A stretch of 15,824 bases of DNA from Octopus sinensis (taxonomy: Eukaryota): positions 1-15,824 of the forward strand of contig NW_021825370.1 in assembly GCF_006345805.1 (NCBI RefSeq), written 5' to 3'. The position numbers were made by a program, and so were the translations under genes. Shown piece after piece: positions 10,610 to 15,824 of this stretch. Position 1 is the first letter of the stretch. Each line of letters begins with the position of its first letter. The notes under the pieces were generated by a model. The model did not search any database. It saw nothing but the letters and a program-made list of their open reading frames with translations, and was not told where the DNA came from.

Positions 10610-10706
10610 TAATAATAATAATGATAATAATAATAATAATAATAATAACAACAACAACAACAACAACAACAATAACAATAATAATAATAATAATAATAAT
10701 AATAAT
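10497..10706. repeat. (AAT)n array with GAT and AAC variants
   Basis: Directly visible; gives poly-N, poly-I and poly-L ORFs. Confidence 0.97.
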
Positions 10707-11083
10707 TGGTGTCTTGATGCAGTGGCAGGCAATGGCTCTCATGGCTTCTCATCTTAACTGATTGGAAGTGTTATTATGTACTTTGTTTTGTCTTGGGGTT
10801 TGGATAATTCACCTTTGGCAACATGAGTGTTTCATTCATCATCCTTAAACAAACCTTATTCAGGGACCTTTTGAGTGGAGTAGGCTACTCGACCTGAATA
10901 AAATTTTAACTGGATCCCACCTGCAAGGTCATGCGCTTTTTATCTTGACAGAAGATTACCATGTCGTGCACATATGGTTGTGATGCATGCGCCTGTTGTA
11001 CCTTTATCAGACAGGTAGTCATGATGGGTATATTGGGCTTCGTACACCATTGTCACTTTGATGGTATACACTACTCTCTCACA
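10707..11083 (+). mobile_element. Interspersed-repeat fragment inserted in an (AAT)n array; probable 3' UTR of a microsatellite-targeting R4/Dong-like LINE
   Basis: Complex ~375-bp sequence flanked on both sides by (AAT)/(AAC) repeats. It resembles a recalled common Octopus repeat ending ...CTCTCTCAC(T)C-(AAT)n. No ORF motif is present, so the family call is inference. Confidence 0.45.
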
Positions 11084-11136
11084 CAACAACAACAACAACA
11101 ACAATAATGATAATAATAATAATAATAATAATAATA

Positions 11137-11169
<33 letters not shown>

Positions 11170-11181
11170 TAATAATAATAA
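11084..11181. repeat. (AAC)n(AAT)n array
   Basis: Directly visible. Confidence 0.95.
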
Positions 11182-11494
11182 GGCAGCATGGTTCCGTAGG
11201 TCGCAGGCAGCAAGCCTGCTACGTATGTATGACTCCAGGAGTTCCAACAAATCTGTGATAAGAAGAAATAATAAGATGAATAAAAAATAGAAATAACAAT
11301 AATAATAATAAGATATTTAAATAAGATATGTAGTTATTTGGGATGGAAAAGAATAATCGTGTATTTTTATAGAGGTTAAACATCTCTTTTAAAAGTAGGT
11401 TAAAAACCTCTTTTAAAATCAGCGAAAAGGTGGATATTTATGGACAACCGCATCTGAAGCTACGAATCTTTTAATCTGTTAATAAATTCACATA

Positions 11495-11707
11495 GTGAAG
11501 GCGCGTGGATTATTGGTTAGGGTATTCAGCTCGCGATCGTAAGGTCGTGAGTTCGATTCCCGGAGGCACGTTGTGTCCTTGAGCAAGACACTTTATTTCA
11601 CATTTCTCCAATTCACTTAGTTGGCAAAATGAGATGTACCTGTAATTCAAACGGCCAGCATTGTCACATTCTGCGTCACTCTAATTTTCCTGAGAACATG
11701 TTAGAGA

Positions 11708-11710
<3 letters not shown>
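11495..11710 (+). mobile_element. Second tRNA-derived SINE with a CORE-like domain (OR2-like)
   Basis: GGCGCG start, A-box-like TGGATTATTGG (11506-11516), B-box GAGTTCGATTCC (11549-11560), CORE-like GTTGTGTCCTTGAGCAAGACACTTTA (11570-11595); ends in (TA)n at 11711. Confidence 0.8.
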
Positions 11711-11768
<58 letters not shown>

Positions 11769-11774
11769 TACACA

Positions 11775-11990
11775 CAACCGTCACTAAAAGTGACTCAGGG
11801 TGCAGGGCAGTACCAGCATTGCTAGAAATAAGACTTAAAGACTCTTTAGCCACGAACTTCCCCAGGGGGAGGTTGCCTCTCTTGTCAGTTAATAGAACTG
11901 TGCTTTGTTCGTGGTTAAAGAGTCTTTAACTTTTATTTCTAGCAACGCTGGTGTTGGCATGCTTCCCTTAGTCACTTGCGGTAACGGTTG
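11775..11990. mobile_element. 216-bp foldback/MITE-like element
   Basis: Inverted arms 11775-11857 and 11907-11990 (CAACCG...TTGCTAGAAATAA...TTAAAGACTCTTTA.CCACGAAC) with a 49-bp spacer; no TSD seen. Confidence 0.7.
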
Positions 11991-12085
11991 AACTTATTCT
12001 TTTGGTATTAAATTGTGACTAGCCACCTTAAGCATTCTCTCTCTCTCTCTCTCACTCCCTATGTATATATGTATATATATATATA

Positions 12086-12125
<40 letters not shown>

Positions 12126-12132
12126 CACACAC

Positions 12133-13118
12133 AAAAAGTTCTTGGCTTTGGGTAAAAAGAAAATGGTGGGTGGGGCATCGTTTCCCATTCGGACTGCTCC
12201 AGCTTTGGAATGTCATCCTCGCAGTATGTGGCAGAGCATGATCCTGAAGGAAGAGCGCCTGTCTTGAAGCCAAAGATGGTCCTTTCTCTTTTAGCGTTGA
12301 CTTAAGCCGCTCGAGCTGTTCGCAGTAGATCTCCTTTGTTATCCTATTGAAAGTGAACTAAACCTTTCATATCCCACCAAACAGATAACAACACCTTACG
12401 TAGGTAAAGACCTTCTTTAGCCTGGGGTGCCGGTGATTCTCCTTTCTCCACTCATTGTCTTCGGCGCTTGAAATTTTTATAGAGAACCCATTTCTCGTCA
12501 TCAGTCACTGTTCGGTCCAAAAATGGTTCATTTCTGAGACATTACAGAAAAGAAGACCACGCATTCACTTTCTGCTCGCGATTAGAAACAGAAAGTTTGT
12601 GAGGAACCCATTGACCCAATTTGCTGACTTTTCCGATGGCAAGCAGGTATCGATGAATGGTTGAATCATCAAATCCAAGCTTCTCTGCTTGTTCCTCAAC
12701 GGTTACGGCGGGATTTTGTTCCACCAGGGTTTGCAGGGCTTTTTCGTCGAGCTCTACAGATCTTCCAGGACGAGGTTCGTCTTCTAGGCTGTAGTTTCCG
12801 GCTTGGAAACTGGCTTAGGCTTATTGTCCAATCCCCATATACTGCATTAATATTCCTCGCACTTTCTGTTGTGCTGTTGCTTTTATTGCACTCATAAAGC
12901 AAAATATGCTGAATATGCTCTTTTATCACTTCCATTATAGCTTTAAAAAAATAACTGTTAAAATCGAACTGCACTCTTCAAAACTTACACTAAGAATAAG
13001 TGCACGGCAGAACTACTACTTGCTTTTATAGCACGTTGATGCAGGTAGTTTATGCCGTCTCCCTCCGACCTGCAGTTCATGCAACTGAAAGAAATGCATT
13101 ATTTATTGGATGACCCGA
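12133..13118 (-). mobile_element. Truncated mariner (Tc1/mariner DD34D-type) DNA transposon
   Basis: 5' end TA|TCGGGTCATCCAATAAATAATGC at about 13118-13094, followed by a transposase pseudogene. The 3' TIR is absent and the element runs into a CA/TA microsatellite. Confidence 0.9.
12158..12935 (-). pseudogene. Mariner transposase pseudogene (HTH plus partial DDD domain)
   Basis: MEVIKEHIQHILLYE.. (ATG 12935), EDEPRPGRS, LAEKLGF-like region, WVPHKL (WVPH 12610-12599), VTDDEKW (12508-12488), LQDHALPHTA (D at 12243-12241), MPHPPFS (12178-12158). Frameshifted; the third catalytic Asp is missing. Confidence 0.9.
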
Positions 13119-13185
13119 TATATATATACATACACATACATACATATATATGTATATAAATACATACATACATACATACATACAT

Positions 13186-13246
<61 letters not shown>

Positions 13247-13260
13247 CATATATATATAAA
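13119..13260. repeat. (TA)/(TACA)/(CA)n microsatellite
   Basis: Directly visible. Confidence 0.9.
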
Positions 13261-13573
13261 ACTTACTTGAAAAAGGATGCGTGGGGTTCGATCATATAAT
13301 AATATATATAATATATAAATATATGCATATATTCATACATATATGTACATGCCTACATATATATGTATATATACATGTTATCGCCATATTAATATGGCAT
13401 TCTTATAGATATAAGAATAATCGCTGCCGCTGGTCAGCTCCATGAGGCCACCGCCATCAAGATAGCTATTGATACACGATCTGTATCCATTATAACCTTC
13501 GAACAAGGGAGGTCAGCCGCTTCACACTTAGTAATTTTAATATTTCTATTATATATACATGCATATATGGTTT

Positions 13574-14081
13574 CAGGACATCAAAAAAAAAAACGTTGAA
13601 CACAATGAGAAACGAAAACATAAAAAACAAAAACATAGAAACGAACTTTTTTCGAACAATGAAAAAAAAACCCTAGAGAAACGAGACATGCAACATAAAT
13701 AATATTCCCCTTCTTTAGTTGTCGCTGTTTCATCTACTCAGCGTTCCGAAGGTAAAGACAAGATACGACTTCGTTGAAGTTTGTTTTTACTGTCTTGCTC
13801 TCACTGTCCTGTTCTTGTTACCACTTTCAACCTCCGCAAAAAATCACAAATTCTATTTAATTTGCTTTGCGGGAAGGATTGTTTCAACGAAGTCGTGTCT
13901 TGTCCGTGCCTTCGGAACACGGAGTAGATGAAACAGGGACAACTGAAGAAGAGGAATATTATTTATGTTGTATGTCTCGTTTCTCGGTTTTTTTTTTCGT
14001 TGTTCGAAAAAGAGTTCGTTTCTATGTTTTTGTTTTTATGTTTTCGTTTCTCACTGTGTTCAAAGTTTTTTTGATGTCCTG
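13574..14081. mobile_element. ~510-bp foldback structure: ~200-bp inverted arms with a 104-bp spacer
   Basis: Arm 13574-13778 (CAGGACATC...CGACTTCGTTGAA) is the reverse complement of arm 13883-14081 (TTCAACGAAGTCG...GATGTCCTG), with scattered substitutions and small indels. Confidence 0.85.
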
Positions 14082-14275
14082 TACACATATATGTATGTAT
14101 ATATACATATATATGTAGGTATGCACATATATATTTATGTATATATGCAAATAGAATATAATATATATATATAATATATATTATATATATATATATTATA
14201 TATATATATAGATATATATGTGCATATATAAAATATCTCGTGGGATACGGTAAAAGAAATTTTGTCGTGTCTATA

Positions 14276-14401
14276 TCGGGGTGGCAAAAGTTGATATACA
14301 GTTGAATGGAATCATAGAATTCTTATCTAAATAAGGACAGAGAAATGAAAAGAAAACATTCCACTCATATTAAGTAACTTTTATACATTTGCCGACGCCT
14401 G
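14276..14401. mobile_element. Possible tiny, old Tc1/mariner-type MITE
   Basis: TA-flanked weak inverted termini TCGGGGT-GGCAAAAGT and CAGGCGTCGGCAAATGT (about 12/17 matches). Confidence 0.3.
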
Positions 14402-14443
14402 TATATATTTGTATTTATGAATACGCATACAGATATATATATA

Positions 14444-14478
<35 letters not shown>

Positions 14479-14561
14479 CAGTTGTGTGTGTATATGTATG
14501 TATGTATTTACATGTATACATGTGTATGCATACATTCCTGTGTTATTTTGTGTGTGTGTGC

Positions 14562-14599
<38 letters not shown>

Positions 14600-14761
14600 T
14601 AATTTTTTTTCTCCGTTTTATTGCATTGATATTTTCCCCCGAAAAAAACATGGAAGCGATTATATTTGCACGATCGAATCTTTAATATGACACGGTTTCA
14701 TTTTTGAAATATTAAAAAGATGTAATTGCTACAGGCTAAAGAATCGGAGTTCAATATCGCA

Positions 14762-14800
<39 letters not shown>

Positions 14801-14872
14801 CACACACACACCCCACAAACATACACGCACACACAAATGTTTGCATATGTATATGTACGTGACCCAATAGCT

Positions 14873-14958
<86 letters not shown>

Positions 14959-15092
14959 TTATACCTATTTTTGTATTAATTGATAGGTAGATAGACAGAT
15001 AGATAAATGTCCATATTTATACATATGTGTATGTATCATAGACACAACAATACACACACATATATATGTATATATGTATATATGTATGTATG

Positions 15093-15178
<86 letters not shown>

Positions 15179-15610
15179 GTATATGTACATATATATATAC
15201 TTATAAATATACACATATATATATATACGTATATATGTGTATGTGTGTGTGTGTGGTGTGTGTGTGTGTATAAAATAGAATAGAATAAAAGATGGACAGT
15301 TAGTTGTAAGGCATCAAATTATTTATAACATATTTATGCAGAAGAGTGTAAAAAAATATGTATAAATGTAGAAATTTAGCAAAAAATCAAAAGACTCCGG
15401 AGAGCGAAAGTTCATAGTGATTCTTCAAACTTACACACGCACACGCGCATGCTCAATCGCACACACATACACACACTCACACACGCACACACACACACAC
15501 ACTGCCGTAAACTCACACACAATACGAGTATATTTATGTATTTCTTTATGAATATGTATTTACATATACGCATGTGTTTGTGTGTGTATTAGGTGTGTAT
15601 AGGTGTGTGA

Positions 15611-15648
<38 letters not shown>

Positions 15649-15767
15649 CCTGGTGGGTTAGGGAACAGCGAAAGTAGCGTGGGGTGAGTTTACCAATCAT
15701 TTCTGAGGTCTGTAGGTTTGGTTAGATGTGTGTACACACGTACCCTCGCACGCACGCACGCATACAC

Positions 15768-15824
<57 letters not shown>
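14402..15824. repeat. TA/TG/CA microsatellite fields with short unique spacers, ending in (TCTA)n at about 15767-15824
   Basis: Directly visible. Confidence 0.85.

Noticed and set aside
10388-11258. Poly-Asn, poly-Ile and poly-Leu ORFs
   Set aside because: Readings of (AAT)n arrays.

Overview
Non-prokaryotic, AT-rich and saturated with microsatellites; roughly half or more of the window is simple repeat. The SINE types, PLE types and repeat landscape suggest an animal genome, probably a cephalopod (Octopus-like). That assignment is inference from recalled repeat families, not a database result. No intact host gene is evident, and nearly all ORF-track entries are translations of simple repeats. 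Between the microsatellites is a dense set of transposon remains: two tRNA-derived SINEs; two decayed Penelope-like retroelements (PLEs) of different RT types (a YLDD-type RT plus GIY-YIG on the minus strand, ~3906-5150, and a YRDD-type RT on the plus strand, ~9400-10466), each with a hammerhead-ribozyme-like half-motif nearby; a complete 194-bp hAT MITE with a perfect 8-bp TSD beside a hAT (Buster/Charlie-like) transposase remnant; a truncated mariner; two foldback inverted-repeat elements; and a ~375-bp insert embedded in an (AAT)n array. The only candidate for host coding sequence is a GC-rich ACC/ACG mosaic (723-1527) whose Thr frame is open and flanked by Pro-rich unique peptides and possible splice sites. 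I found no convincing novel multi-gene system.
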